Shown here: positions 1 through 10,932 of the stretch, piece by piece
Position numbering within the stretch: the stretch's first letter is position 1
Layout of the letters: the number at the start of each line of letters is the position of its first letter
Assembly: GCA_944393365.1 (NCBI GenBank)
Contig: CALXZZ010000003.1
Coordinates: forward strand, 1 to 40,863
From: an uncultured Clostridia bacterium
Lineage (GTDB): Bacteria; Bacillota; Clostridia; TANB77; CAG-508
Direction of reading: 5' to 3'
Length of the DNA: 40,863 nucleotides
The notes under the pieces: model-generated
What the model saw: only the letters and a program-made list of their open reading frames with translations
Database searches by the model: none
Told to the model about the DNA's origin: nothing
Program-made: the position numbers and the translations under genes

Positions 1-28
1 TAGAGCTGTAAATGGTATAATTTTATGT

Positions 29-60
29 AGGAAAACGGCAAAGAAAAATGCCGTTTTCCT
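29..60 (-). terminator. Intrinsic terminator-like hairpin after pepV
   Basis: 12-bp perfect inverted repeat AGGAAAACGGCA / TGCCGTTTTCCT abutting the pepV stop codon. Confidence 0.7.
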
Positions 61-1466
61 TAAGTTCCTAAAAATAAAATTGCTTTTGCATAAATTTTAC
101 AAGCCAACAACAACTTATCAATGCTTATAAACTCATCAGTTTGATGACACATATCTTTGTCATCCGGAAAATTGGCTCCAAAAGAAATACAATTAGGAAA
201 TGCTCTTGCAAATGTTGCACCACCAATTGTAATTGGCTTACAATTAGATTGAGTTTCTTCATTATAAATATTACAAAGTGATTGAACTAAGTTAGAATTT
301 GGATTAATATATAATGCAGGCATATAATTTGTAGTATCAAAATCAATATTTATATATTCACAAGTAGCTTTAATAAAAGTAGCTCCAATCTTAGTAATAT
401 CAGTATGAACAGGAACTCTTAAATTCATTTTTATTTTCATGAAATTATTTTCAATTCCAAAATAACCAACATTTAGAGTTAATTTTCCAGATTCATCTTT
501 AAAGTCAATTCCTAAGTTTTTACCATTATATTCTAAACAAATATATTTTGTAAAAAAGTCAAATAAATCAATAGTATATCCATAAGTTTTAAAGATTTTA
601 TCAAGAATAATGATTAATCTAGAAATAGAATTAATACCTAAATCAGGATGTGCAGCATGTGCAGAAATGCCATGTGATGTAAGTTTTATTTCCTCATTAT
701 CGATTTTATAAATATCAATTTCAAAATTGCTATCTTTAATTATAGATTTTAAATTATCAATAAATTCTTCAGTTCTTATTTTATCAGTATTAATACTTAA
801 AACAACACTACAAATTTTAGGAACAACGTTTATAGCATTATTATTACAATCAATATTTGTAATTTTAATATTTAAATTTTTGAATTGAGAAATATCTGAT
901 TTTATCTCTTGAGTAAGTACAGCTTTTTCAGCATAAATACAAGGAAAGTCAGCATCTGGACTAAATCCAATAGAAGGTATTTCTTCATGTTTTTTATAAT
1001 GTTTGATACAATCCCAATTATTCTCTTCATTTAATCCTAAAATTAATCTAACACGTTTTTTTACTTTTGTCGTTTCCATTACATATTTCATAGCATATAA
1101 AGAGGCTATAACAGGACCTTTGTCATCAATAGCACCTCTACCAAAAATACAACCATCAGAAATTGTTCCACTAAATGGAGGATATGTCCAATTATCACCT
1201 TCAGGAACAACATCTAAATGACCTATAATTCCAATTAATTCTTTACCTTCGCCAAATTCAATATATCCACAATAGCCATCAATATTTTTAGTCTTAAAAC
1301 CTAGTCGTTCTCCTAATTCTAAAGTATATTCTAGAGCATTGTTAACACTTTCTCCAAATGGATATTTAGTGTTATTGCTTTTGGAATAACAACTTGGTAT
1401 TTGAATTAATTCTTGTAAATTTTTTATTATCATCTCTTTATTTTCATTTATAAATTTTTCTAGCAT
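60..1466 (-). CDS. pepV: M20 family Xaa-His dipeptidase (PepV/Sapep type)
   Basis: Motifs GHLDVVP, GRGAIDDKGP, NEE, SPDADFP, GGATFAR and HQTDE; RBS AAAGGA upstream. Confidence 0.85.
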   Translation of the reverse strand: MLEKFINENKEMIIKNLQELIQIPSCYSKSNNTKYPFGESVNNALEYTLELGERLGFKTKNIDGYCGYIEFGEGKELIGIIGHLDVVPEGDNWTYPPFSGTISDGCIFGRGAIDDKGPVIASLYAMKYVMETTKVKKRVRLILGLNEENNWDCIKHYKKHEEIPSIGFSPDADFPCIYAEKAVLTQEIKSDISQFKNLNIKITNIDCNNNAINVVPKICSVVLSINTDKIRTEEFIDNLKSIIKDSNFEIDIYKIDNEEIKLTSHGISAHAAHPDLGINSISRLIIILDKIFKTYGYTIDLFDFFTKYICLEYNGKNLGIDFKDESGKLTLNVGYFGIENNFMKIKMNLRVPVHTDITKIGATFIKATCEYINIDFDTTNYMPALYINPNSNLVQSLCNIYNEETQSNCKPITIGGATFARAFPNCISFGANFPDDKDMCHQTDEFISIDKLLLACKIYAKAILFLGT

Positions 1467-1604
1467 ATAACCAGTCCTTTCTTTTGTAAAATATATTATA
1501 TTATATATCTAATTATGAGTATTTTGCAATGATAAAAATAAAATGCAAAAACTTATAGTAAAAAATAAAAAATATGATATAATACAAAACAGGAGGAAGA
1601 GAGA

Positions 1605-2423
1605 ATGAATATTGAAGAATTAACAAAAAAGGCAGTTGAAATAAGAAAAGGTATCATAGAAGCAGTATATAATGCACAGTCAGGACATCCAGGAGGTTCA
1701 CTTTCAATAGCAGACATTTTAACAGTACTATATTTTCATGAAATGAAAATAAAACCAGAAGATCCAAAATGGGAAGAAAGAGATAGGTTAGTACTATCAA
1801 AAGGACATTGTTCACCAGCATTATATAGTTGTCTTGCAAATAGAGGATATTTTCCAGTAGAAGATTTAAAAACATTTAGAAAAATAGACAGTTATTTACA
1901 AGGACATCCGGACAGGAACAAAGTACCAGGCGTAGATATGACAACAGGTTCACTAGGACAAGGACTATCTGCTGCGAATGGAATGGCTATAGTTGGAAAA
2001 ATGGATAAAAAAGATTATAGAGTATATTGCATTTTAGGAGATGGAGAAATAGAAGAAGGACAAATATGGGAAGCAGCAATGACATCTAGTAAATACAAAT
2101 TAGATAATTTATGTGTAATAGTAGATAATAACAATTTACAAATAGACGGTACTATAGAAGAAGTAATGAGCCCATATCCAATAGACGAAAAATTCAGAAG
2201 TTTTGGATTTGAAATAATAAAAATAGACGGACATGACATTGAAGAAATAATAAAAGCATTTGAAGTAGCAAAAAATATAAAAGACAAACCAACATGTATA
2301 ATTGCAAAAACAATAAAGGGGAAAGGAATAAGCTATATGGAAAATCAAGTTGGATGGCATGGAAAAGCACCAAATGAAGAACAGTACAAAGAAGCAATCA
2401 CAGAATTAGAAAAAGGGATTTAG
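1605..2423 (+). CDS. Transketolase, N-terminal (TPP-binding) subunit
   Basis: SGHPGGSLS, LSKGH, LQGHP, TGSLGQG and the GDGE..N TPP motif; RBS AGGAGG. Confidence 0.95.
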   Translation: MNIEELTKKAVEIRKGIIEAVYNAQSGHPGGSLSIADILTVLYFHEMKIKPEDPKWEERDRLVLSKGHCSPALYSCLANRGYFPVEDLKTFRKIDSYLQGHPDRNKVPGVDMTTGSLGQGLSAANGMAIVGKMDKKDYRVYCILGDGEIEEGQIWEAAMTSSKYKLDNLCVIVDNNNLQIDGTIEEVMSPYPIDEKFRSFGFEIIKIDGHDIEEIIKAFEVAKNIKDKPTCIIAKTIKGKGISYMENQVGWHGKAPNEEQYKEAITELEKGI

Positions 2424-2474
2424 GGGACGGTCCTAAAAATCCCTGATTTTAGGGATTAGGGGACGGACCTTAAA
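2414..2474. repeat. REP-like GGGAC hairpin doublet (locus A)
   Basis: AGGGATTTAGGGGACGGTCCTAAAAATCCCT plus a second partial copy; near-identical to 16708-16765; contains the upstream gene's TAG. Confidence 0.85.
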
Positions 2475-2502
2475 CTCAAGCGAAGAAAGGAGAAAGATAT
2501 TT

Positions 2503-3414
2503 ATGAAAAAAGCAACAAGACAAAGTTATGGAGAGGCTTTGCTAGAGTTAGGAAAAAAAAATAAAGATGTAGTAGTTCTTGATGCTGATTTAGCAGGAGC
2601 TACAAAAACAGAACTATTTGCAAAAGAATTTCCAGAAAGATTTTTTGATATTGGTATTGCAGAGGCAGATATGATGGGAACTGCTGCTGGACTTTCAACT
2701 TGTGGAAAAATTCCATATGTAAGTACATTTGCAATGTTTGCAGCAGGAAGGAGTTATGACCAAATAAGAAATAGCATTTGTTATCCAAATCTAAATGTAA
2801 AAATTTGTGCAACACATGCAGGAATTACAGTAGGAGAAGATGGAGCGACACATCAAATGATTGAAGATTTATCCTTAATGAGAACAATACCAAATATGAA
2901 AGTTTTATCACCTTCAGATGATACCCAGACTAAATGGATAATAAAAGAAATTAGTAAAATAAATGGACCAGTATATGTAAGATTAGCAAGACTTGCAACA
3001 GAAGAAATCTATGATGAAAATCAAAAATTTGAAATAGGAAAAGCTATTCAACATGGTGATGGAACAGATGGAACAATTTTTGCAACAGGAGTTACGGTGC
3101 AAGAAGCTCTAAAAGCCCAAAAAATCTTACAAGAAAAAGGAGTAAATGTTAGAGTTGTTGATATGTATTCAATAAAACCAGTAGATAGAGATATGATTGT
3201 TAAATGTGCAAAGGAAACTAAAAAACTCGTTTCAATTGAAGACCATAATGTTATTGGAGGATTAGGTTCTGCAATTTCAGAAATATTAACAGATGAATAT
3301 CCAACAAAGTTAATAAGATTAGGAATTAAAGATGTTTTTGGCAGGTCAGGAAAAGCAGAAGAGTTAATGAAATATTATGGTATAATAGCTGATAACATCA
3401 TTGAAAAATTTTAA
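2503..3414 (+). CDS. Transketolase, C-terminal (pyrimidine-binding) subunit
   Basis: ATRQSYG, GIAEADM, GEDGATHQ, EDHNVIGGLG. Confidence 0.95.
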   Translation: MKKATRQSYGEALLELGKKNKDVVVLDADLAGATKTELFAKEFPERFFDIGIAEADMMGTAAGLSTCGKIPYVSTFAMFAAGRSYDQIRNSICYPNLNVKICATHAGITVGEDGATHQMIEDLSLMRTIPNMKVLSPSDDTQTKWIIKEISKINGPVYVRLARLATEEIYDENQKFEIGKAIQHGDGTDGTIFATGVTVQEALKAQKILQEKGVNVRVVDMYSIKPVDRDMIVKCAKETKKLVSIEDHNVIGGLGSAISEILTDEYPTKLIRLGIKDVFGRSGKAEELMKYYGIIADNIIEKF

Positions 3415-3466
3415 CAAGATTAGAAAGATAATAAGAAAGATACCGACTATTAGGAGGAGTTATAAT

Positions 3467-3949
3467 ATGAAATCGCTTTTATTAGTAATAGATTTGCAAA
3501 ATGAATTTATAAATAAATATACAGAAAACCTACCTGACAAAATAAAAGAAATAATTGATAATAATAAATTTGACGATGTTGCATTTACAAGATTTATAAA
3601 TTTTAAAGATAGTGTATTTGTGAAAAAATTAAATTGGAAAGGTTGTTTGCAAGATAAAGAAAAGAAGATAGTTATTGACACAAAAAATAGTAAAATATTT
3701 GATAAATCAATATATTCAGCTGTAAATAAAGAGTTAATAGATTATATTAATGAAAATAAAATAACGGAAATTTATTTGTGTGGGATAGATACAGAATGTT
3801 GTGTTCTAAAAACAGCGTTTGATTTATTTGAATTAGAATATAATGTTTATGTGTTAAAAGATTATTGTTCTTGTATGCTTGGAGTAGAAAGAAATAATAA
3901 TGCACTAGAAATTTTAAGGAGAAATATAGGAAAAACTAATGTAATATAA
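3467..3949 (+). CDS. Isochorismatase-family cysteine hydrolase
   Basis: Catalytic triad in VIDLQ, FDKSIYS and GIDTECCV; start moved to ATG 3467 after AGGAGG. Confidence 0.85.
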   Translation: MKSLLLVIDLQNEFINKYTENLPDKIKEIIDNNKFDDVAFTRFINFKDSVFVKKLNWKGCLQDKEKKIVIDTKNSKIFDKSIYSAVNKELIDYINENKITEIYLCGIDTECCVLKTAFDLFELEYNVYVLKDYCSCMLGVERNNNALEILRRNIGKTNVI

Positions 3950-4043
3950 ATGAATATGGAAGTGTAATCTTACATATTATAATAATTAATTTGATTGTGA
4001 ATTTTTTGTAAATTTTTAAAAAGAGAGAAAAAGTGAGATAAAC

Positions 4044-4086
4044 GATAGAAAATGTAAAAAAACCAACATTTTCTATCATTTTTTTG
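4044..4086 (+). terminator. Intrinsic terminator
   Basis: GATAGAAAATGT / ACATTTTCTATC stem followed by a T-run. Confidence 0.6.
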
Positions 4087-4243
4087 CCAAAAAAGTATTG
4101 CAAAAAATAAACTTTATTGTTATTATAAGATAGAATAGAAAGTTATGCTGAAAAAAAGAAAAACTTAAGAAAATATAGAACATAAAAAAAGGCAAAACAT
4201 AAGCAAAAATTAGCTATTTATTTAGAGATAGGAGAGTTACAAA

Positions 4244-4930
4244 ATGATAGAATTTAGAAATGTAACAAAGACTTATGACACAGGAACAAAAGCAATAAAA
4301 GGAGCAAACTTTGTTATAGATAAAGGAGAATTTGCGTTTTTAGTAGGATCATCAGGAAGTGGAAAATCAACACTAATAAAATTAATACTAAAAGAAGAAG
4401 AACCAACATCAGGAAGAATAATAATAAACGGAAAAGACACAACATTTTTAAAACCAAACCGTATACCATATTTAAGAAGAAGTATGGGAGTTGTATTCCA
4501 AGATTTCAGACTTTTACAAGACAAAACAGTATATGATAATGTTGCATATGCAATGTACATAGTAAGAGCAACACCAAGACACATAAGAAGACAAGTTCCA
4601 ATGGTACTTTCATTAGTAGGATTAAGTGGAAAAGCAAAAATGTACCCTCATGAATTATCAGGAGGAGAGCAACAAAGGGTAGCTTTAGCAAGGGCATTGG
4701 TAAACAATCCATCTATGTTAATTGCAGATGAGCCAACAGGAAACCTTGACCCAGATACAGCATGGGATATTATGAATCTATTAAATGATATTAATATGAG
4801 AGGAACAACAGTAGTTGTAGCAACACATGCTAAAGACATAGTTGACAAGATGAAAAAAAGAGTTATCCATATACGTAAAGGCGAAATAATAAGAGATGAT
4901 AAAAAAGGTGGGTATGATTGTGAAATATAA
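4244..4930 (+). CDS. ftsE: Cell division ABC ATPase FtsE
   Basis: GSSGSGKST, VVFQDFRLL, LSGGEQQRV, ADEPTGNLDP; adjacent to ftsX. Confidence 0.95.
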   Translation: MIEFRNVTKTYDTGTKAIKGANFVIDKGEFAFLVGSSGSGKSTLIKLILKEEEPTSGRIIINGKDTTFLKPNRIPYLRRSMGVVFQDFRLLQDKTVYDNVAYAMYIVRATPRHIRRQVPMVLSLVGLSGKAKMYPHELSGGEQQRVALARALVNNPSMLIADEPTGNLDPDTAWDIMNLLNDINMRGTTVVVATHAKDIVDKMKKRVIHIRKGEIIRDDKKGGYDCEI

Positions 4931-5822
4931 TATATTTGGATATTTAATTGGAGAAGGATTTAGTAATGTATTTAAAAACAAAAAATCTACTGGAGCTTCT
5001 CTTATGATAATGTGTGCAACAATGATTATATTTGGAATTTTCTTAATATTAGGAGAAAATATTAATCATTTTGTATCACAAGTAGAGTCTGCACAAGGAA
5101 TACAAGTATTTATAAATAATGACACAACACAAGAACAAATAGATGAAATAGGAGATAAGATAAGACAGATAAATGGAGTAAGTACTGTAGAATATGTTTC
5201 AAAAGAAGATGCATTAGAAATAATGAGAGAAAGATTTAAAGACAATCCAGAAGCATTAGAAGGATATGATGAAGAACATAATATATTCCCAGCATCATAT
5301 GTTGTTACTTTATCTGACTTGACTTTAAGTCAAGAAGTGCAAGACCAAATTCTAACTTTTGACCATATTAAAAATATTGAAAGTAGAGACCAAACAGTAG
5401 ATACATTAATTAATTTAGCTAATGGAATAAAAATTGTAACAGGAGTAATTTTAGTACTACTAATAATTATATCAGTATTTATTATTGCAAATACAATAAA
5501 ACTAACAGTCCATGCAAGAAGAAAAGAAATTTCTATTATGAAATATGTTGGAGCAACAAATGGATTTATTAGATGGCCATTTATAGTTGAAGGTATGATA
5601 ATAGGAATATTTGCAAGTATAATATCAATCGTAATTGTAGGAGTAGCATATAACTTCATAGCCGATAGTTTAATAAATTCAGAATTTATGCAATTAATCA
5701 ATATGAGTTTGGTAACATTCTCAGACATGTTCAACTCAATAATACTTGTATATATGTTGTTAGGAATAGGTATAGGAGCGGTAGGAAGTGTAATTTCTAT
5801 GAGAAAATATTTAAAAGTGTAA
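4914..5822 (+). CDS. ftsX: Cell division permease FtsX
   Basis: NTIKLTVHARRKEISIMKYVGATNGFIRWPF signature, about 4 TM segments; start probably ATG 4914 or GTG 4920. Confidence 0.93.
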   Translation: MIVKYNIFGYLIGEGFSNVFKNKKSTGASLMIMCATMIIFGIFLILGENINHFVSQVESAQGIQVFINNDTTQEQIDEIGDKIRQINGVSTVEYVSKEDALEIMRERFKDNPEALEGYDEEHNIFPASYVVTLSDLTLSQEVQDQILTFDHIKNIESRDQTVDTLINLANGIKIVTGVILVLLIIISVFIIANTIKLTVHARRKEISIMKYVGATNGFIRWPFIVEGMIIGIFASIISIVIVGVAYNFIADSLINSEFMQLINMSLVTFSDMFNSIILVYMLLGIGIGAVGSVISMRKYLKV

Positions 5823-5833
5823 AGGAGAAAACC

Positions 5834-7090
5834 ATGCGTAAGATTTTATGTATTGTTTTAGCTTTTGTGATTTGTAGTTTAAGTGTATTTTCTTATGTTC
5901 ATGCAGAAGAAAATACAACAAACACACAAGACACTAATAACACTAATAATCAAACAACAGACTTACAAACTAAGCAACAAGAATTACAAAATCAAATAAA
6001 TGAAGCAACAGGACAGTTAGAAGATGTACAAACAGATTTATCAGAAAATTTACAACAAGTACAAAAGCTAGATGAAAGAATAGAAAGCTCACAAACAGAG
6101 CTTGATGAATTAAATACACAAATAAATGAATTGCAAACATCTATTGATGAAATATCAACTAAATTAGAAAAAGAAGAAGAAATATATAATAATCAAAAAA
6201 ATCTTTTAGATAAAAGATTAGTAGCAATGTATGAAGAAGGAGAGACAAGCTATTTAGATGTAATTCTAAGCTCTAGTAGCTTAGCAGAATTTCTATCAAA
6301 TTATGCTTATCTTTCAGAAATTGCAAAATACGAAAACGAATTATTAACAGATATACAATCTAGAAAAAAAGAAATTGAATTAGAAAAGGAAAAATTAGAT
6401 AATAATCAAGAACAATTAGCAACAATAAAAGCAAATCAAACAAAAACAGCTAGAATATTAGAAAATACAAAAACAGTTAGAGAAAACTTTATAGCAAAAT
6501 TATCAGATAAAGAAAAAAATATACAAGCACAAATAGATGAATACAACAGACAATTTGCAGAAGTAAACGCAGAAATACTAGCACTAGCAATGGAAGGACT
6601 AGATACACAATACATAGGAGGAGTGTTTGCTTGGCCAACACCAGGATATACAAGGATAACTTCAAAATATGGAATGAGAACACATCCTATAACAGGGGTA
6701 TACAAACTACATACAGGTGTTGACATAGGGGCGCCAATGGGTGCAAGTTTTGTAGCTGCTAATGACGGAATTGTTGTAAAAGCAGGATACAACGGAGCAT
6801 ATGGAAACATGGTAATTATAGATCATGGTGGAGGAATCCAAACACTATATGCACACGGATCTGAAATAATGGTAAATGTGGGAGACGTTGTAAAAAAAGG
6901 AGAAACCGTTGTATTAAAAGTAGGGTCAACAGGATATTCAACAGGTGCACATGCACATTTTGAAGTAAGAATAAATGGAAAAGTAACAGACCCTATGCCA
7001 TACATAACAAATGGAGTAGTACCATCAAACCCAGAGTTAGATACACAAAATACTACACAGGACACATCACAGACTAATCAAGCACAATAA
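5834..7090 (+). CDS. Coiled-coil plus M23 peptidoglycan endopeptidase (EnvC/CwlO-like architecture)
   Basis: Signal peptide, long coiled coil, HTGVD and HAH M23 metal-binding motifs. Confidence 0.9.
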   Translation: MRKILCIVLAFVICSLSVFSYVHAEENTTNTQDTNNTNNQTTDLQTKQQELQNQINEATGQLEDVQTDLSENLQQVQKLDERIESSQTELDELNTQINELQTSIDEISTKLEKEEEIYNNQKNLLDKRLVAMYEEGETSYLDVILSSSSLAEFLSNYAYLSEIAKYENELLTDIQSRKKEIELEKEKLDNNQEQLATIKANQTKTARILENTKTVRENFIAKLSDKEKNIQAQIDEYNRQFAEVNAEILALAMEGLDTQYIGGVFAWPTPGYTRITSKYGMRTHPITGVYKLHTGVDIGAPMGASFVAANDGIVVKAGYNGAYGNMVIIDHGGGIQTLYAHGSEIMVNVGDVVKKGETVVLKVGSTGYSTGAHAHFEVRINGKVTDPMPYITNGVVPSNPELDTQNTTQDTSQTNQAQ

Positions 7091-7138
7091 AGGATACAGC
7101 TTAGAAAAAATTAAAATAAAAAAACAGGAGAAGATGTT

Positions 7139-8365
7139 ATGAAAAAAATAATTTTAAAAACATTTGGAATACTTTTAGTAGCGATACTTTTACTACAAAT
7201 ACCAGTAACAATGGCAGCAGATAGTGTGAACGATTTAAAAAATCAGCAAGAAGAAAATGCAGATAAAATAGAAGAAAATAAGCAGAAAAAGGAAGAAATA
7301 ACAGCAGAAAAAAATCAAACTATTTCTGAAGTAGAAGACATCACAACTCAAATAGAAGATTATGAAAATCAAATTAGTGAATTAAACACAAAGATATCAG
7401 AATTAAACACTAAAATAGAAGAATCAGAGAAAAAAATAGAAGAAGCACAAGCTCAATATGATGAGCAAAAAGAATTATTAGATACAAGACTTGTTGTTGC
7501 ATATGAACAAGGAGAAACATCATATTTAGACGTTTTATTAGCTTCTGAAAATATAGTTGATTTTATATCTAATTATTTCTATATATCAGAACTTGCAACA
7601 AGTGATACAGAGCTAATGGATAGCTTACAAAAAGAAAAAGAAGAAATTGAAAAAGCAAAAACTGATTTAGAAAATAGTAAAAGAGAATTAGATACATCAA
7701 AAGCAGAAAAACAAAGTATAACAACACAATTAGAGCAAACAAAATCAGAGAAAAATGCAAAAGTTTCTCAATTAACTCAAGATGAGCAAACTATTCAAGC
7801 ACAAATTGATGAGTTAGCAGAAGCAAATAAATCATTAGATGCTCAAATTTTGAAAAAACAAAAAGAAATAGAAGAACAATTGAAAAAACAACAACAACAA
7901 AAACCATCAGGAGGTAACAGTTCTTCTAATGGAGGAACTTCAACAGGAGGAGCAGTAAGTTCATCAGGGTTTATTTATCCAGTACCAAGTGGTTATAGAA
8001 CAATAACAACAGGTATAACTTATTCTAGTGGGCAATATCATGGTGCAGTAGATTTTGGAAGTGGAGGAATAAATGGACAACCAGTTTATGCAGTAGCAGA
8101 TGGAATGGTAGTAACAGCACAAAACTTAACATCAAGTTATGGAACATATGTAATTATTGCACATTATAATGGATTATATACATTATATGCACATGGACAA
8201 AGGGGTTCTCTAAGAGTATCAGAAGGACAATCTGTATCTCAAGGACAACAAATAATGAATGTTGGAAGTACAGGAAACTCAACAGGACCACATTTACATT
8301 TTGAAGTAAGAACAAGTCCAGGAACATACAGTTGTAGACAAAACCCAATGAAATATTTGCCTTAA
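7139..8365 (+). CDS. Second coiled-coil plus M23 peptidoglycan endopeptidase
   Basis: Signal peptide, coiled coil sharing GETSYLDV with the first paralog, HGAVD and STGPHLHFEVR. Confidence 0.9.
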   Translation: MKKIILKTFGILLVAILLLQIPVTMAADSVNDLKNQQEENADKIEENKQKKEEITAEKNQTISEVEDITTQIEDYENQISELNTKISELNTKIEESEKKIEEAQAQYDEQKELLDTRLVVAYEQGETSYLDVLLASENIVDFISNYFYISELATSDTELMDSLQKEKEEIEKAKTDLENSKRELDTSKAEKQSITTQLEQTKSEKNAKVSQLTQDEQTIQAQIDELAEANKSLDAQILKKQKEIEEQLKKQQQQKPSGGNSSSNGGTSTGGAVSSSGFIYPVPSGYRTITTGITYSSGQYHGAVDFGSGGINGQPVYAVADGMVVTAQNLTSSYGTYVIIAHYNGLYTLYAHGQRGSLRVSEGQSVSQGQQIMNVGSTGNSTGPHLHFEVRTSPGTYSCRQNPMKYLP

Positions 8366-8418
8366 TAAATTAGAATATATCTAAATTAATTACATACTAT
8401 TTAAAAGAAAAGGTAAAA

Positions 8419-8441
8419 TAGGGGACGGATTTTATTCCGTC
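8419..8441. repeat. Short GGGAC hairpin (locus C, degenerate); may act as a terminator
   Basis: TAGGGGACGGA TTTAT TCCGTCC shares TAGGGGACGG with loci A and B. Confidence 0.5.
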
Positions 8442-8483
8442 CATTGTAATTAGATAGACATTCTTTGAAAGGAAGGATTTGAC

Positions 8484-9734
8484 ATGGAGGACAATAAAAA
8501 CAATGGCTACAAAGTAGTAACACAAAAGAAAGAAAGAAGTAGAACATATAAAATAGTAATGCTAGTAATCTTAGTAGCATTTGTAACATTTTTATTAACA
8601 TCTCTTGGAATGTATCAATATTTTTCTAATGGCTCTGTGTTAGCAAAAACAAGCCTATTTTCAACATCTGATACTGATAAAATAGCAAATACATTAGAAA
8701 AATATAGAGATATAATTGATAAATATTATTTAGGAGAAGTTGATGAAGAAAAACTACAAGAAGGAGCAATAAAAGGATACATTGATGGTTTAGATGACCC
8801 ATATACTGAATATATTTCAAAAGATGATATGCAAGATTATTTAGATGATACTATGGGAAATTTTGTTGGAATAGGAATATATATGGTTAAAGATACAGAA
8901 AATAACAGAATAATGGTCTTATCACCAATAAAAAATAGCCCAGCTGAAAAAGCAGGAATATTACCAGGAGATTATATAACATCAGTAGATGGAAAATCAT
9001 ATACAGGAGACGACTTCCAAACTATTTCAAATGAAATAAAGGGAGAAGAAGGAACAACTGTAAAATTAGAAATACTAAGAGGAGAGGAAACTCTAACATT
9101 TGAAATAACAAGAGAAAATATAACAGTAAATCCAGTAGAAGGAGAAGTTTTAGAAAACAACATAGGATATATAGAATTTTCATCATTTGATGATGGAACA
9201 GCTGAGCAATTTAAAGCAAAATTCGAAGAATTACAAAATCAAGGAATAACATCATTAATAATTGATTTAAGAAATAATGGTGGAGGAATTGTAGATGAAG
9301 CTTTAGAAATTGCAGGATATATTGCAGATAAAAATTCTGTTTTATTATATGAGGTAGACAAAGATAATAATGAAGAAGTAGAAAAATCAAAAAATGATCC
9401 AATAATAAATATGCCAGTTATAATTTTAACAAATGAAAATACAGCAAGTTCATCAGAAATACTTTCAGGAGCTTTAAAAGATTTAGGAAAAGCAAAAATT
9501 GTAGGAACTAAAACTTATGGAAAAGGTGTAATACAAGAAGTTTTAACATTGGCAGATGGAAGTGGATTAAAAATCACAACAGAAAAATATTTGACACCAA
9601 ACAAAACAGAAATAAATGGAATAGGAATAGAACCAGACGAAACAGTAGAATTACCAGACACAGTAGAAAATGTATTAAATGTAGATAGAAGTCAAGATAC
9701 ACAATTACAAAAAGCGATTGAAATGCTAAAATAG
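8484..9734 (+). CDS. ctpA: S41 C-terminal processing protease with PDZ domain
   Basis: N-terminal TM segment, LDDPYT, DLRNNGGG, TASSSEI, TYGKG. Confidence 0.9.
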   Translation: MEDNKNNGYKVVTQKKERSRTYKIVMLVILVAFVTFLLTSLGMYQYFSNGSVLAKTSLFSTSDTDKIANTLEKYRDIIDKYYLGEVDEEKLQEGAIKGYIDGLDDPYTEYISKDDMQDYLDDTMGNFVGIGIYMVKDTENNRIMVLSPIKNSPAEKAGILPGDYITSVDGKSYTGDDFQTISNEIKGEEGTTVKLEILRGEETLTFEITRENITVNPVEGEVLENNIGYIEFSSFDDGTAEQFKAKFEELQNQGITSLIIDLRNNGGGIVDEALEIAGYIADKNSVLLYEVDKDNNEEVEKSKNDPIINMPVIILTNENTASSSEILSGALKDLGKAKIVGTKTYGKGVIQEVLTLADGSGLKITTEKYLTPNKTEINGIGIEPDETVELPDTVENVLNVDRSQDTQLQKAIEMLK

Positions 9735-9761
9735 AATAAAGTAGTAAGAAGGGGAAAAGTT

Positions 9762-10349
9762 ATGAATTTACCAAACAAATTAACTATATTTAGAATGATA
9801 TTAGTACCAATTATGGTTATAATCCCTTTTTTAGGAATAAAAACTGAAGTTTTGGGAATACCATTAACATATATAATAATTGATTTTATTTTTATAATAG
9901 CATCTATAACAGATAAACTAGATGGATATTTAGCAAGGAAAAACAATCAAGTAACGACATTTGGTAAATTTCTTGATCCATTAGCTGATAAAATATTAGT
10001 ACTTGCAGCCATGATGATGCTAGTAGAGATGGCAAAACTGCCAGCTTGGATTCCAATAATAGTTTTAGCAAGAGAATTTATAGTTTCAGGATATAGATTA
10101 GTCGCTGTGGAAAAAGGTGGAAAAGTAATTGCTGCATCAAAATGGGGAAAATTGAAAACTGTTACTCAAATGATTGCAATTATTTTAGCATTCTTAGACC
10201 TACATGCTTTTGGAGAATGTTTTTCAGGTACATTACAAGGTGGGGATTTTGTACTAAACTTTGTTGTTACAATAATGATGATAATACAGGTTATAGCTAC
10301 AATTTTCTCTGGAGTTGATTATCTAAAAGGAGCTAAAGAATTAATATAA
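9762..10349 (+). CDS. pgsA: CDP-diacylglycerol--glycerol-3-phosphate 3-phosphatidyltransferase
   Basis: MNLPNKLT and the CDP-alcohol motif DKLDGYLARK..GKFLDPLADK. Confidence 0.95.
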   Translation: MNLPNKLTIFRMILVPIMVIIPFLGIKTEVLGIPLTYIIIDFIFIIASITDKLDGYLARKNNQVTTFGKFLDPLADKILVLAAMMMLVEMAKLPAWIPIIVLAREFIVSGYRLVAVEKGGKVIAASKWGKLKTVTQMIAIILAFLDLHAFGECFSGTLQGGDFVLNFVVTIMMIIQVIATIFSGVDYLKGAKELI

Positions 10350-10440
10350 TAGAATGTAAATTAAAAAAAGTTGGAATTTGCTTGACAAATTTCAATTTTT
10401 GCCGTAATATATTAAAAGTCAATTTGAAAGGAGAATTACT

Positions 10441-10917
10441 ATGGAAGAAAAAGAGGTTATATTAACACAAGAAGGATATGATAATTTAGAAAAAGAATTA
10501 AACTATTTAAGAACAGAAAAAAGAGCAGAAATTGCTGATAGAATAAAAGTAGCTTTGGGATTTGGAGATTTATCAGAAAACTCTGAATATGATGAAGCTA
10601 AAAATGCACAAGCAGAAAATGAAGCTAAAATTGCAGAATTAGAAAATAAAGTAAGATATGCAAAAATCATAGACGAAAAAGATATAGACACAGAAACAGT
10701 ACAAATAGGAAATATAGTAAAAGTTCTAGATATGGAATTTGATGAAAAAATTGAGTATACAATAGTTGGTTCAACAGAAGTTAATTTAGCAGAAAATAAA
10801 ATTTCTAATGAGTCACCTTTAGGTCAAGCATTGCTTGGAGCAAAGAAAAATAACGTAGTAGAAGTAAATGCACCAGCAGGTGTAATGAAATATAAAATAT
10901 TATCAATAAAGAAATAG
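10441..10917 (+). CDS. greA: Transcription elongation factor GreA
   Basis: GDLSENSEYDEAK, ISNESPLG. Confidence 0.97.
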   Translation: MEEKEVILTQEGYDNLEKELNYLRTEKRAEIADRIKVALGFGDLSENSEYDEAKNAQAENEAKIAELENKVRYAKIIDEKDIDTETVQIGNIVKVLDMEFDEKIEYTIVGSTEVNLAENKISNESPLGQALLGAKKNNVVEVNAPAGVMKYKILSIKK

Positions 10918-10932
10918 AATATGAATAATAGG

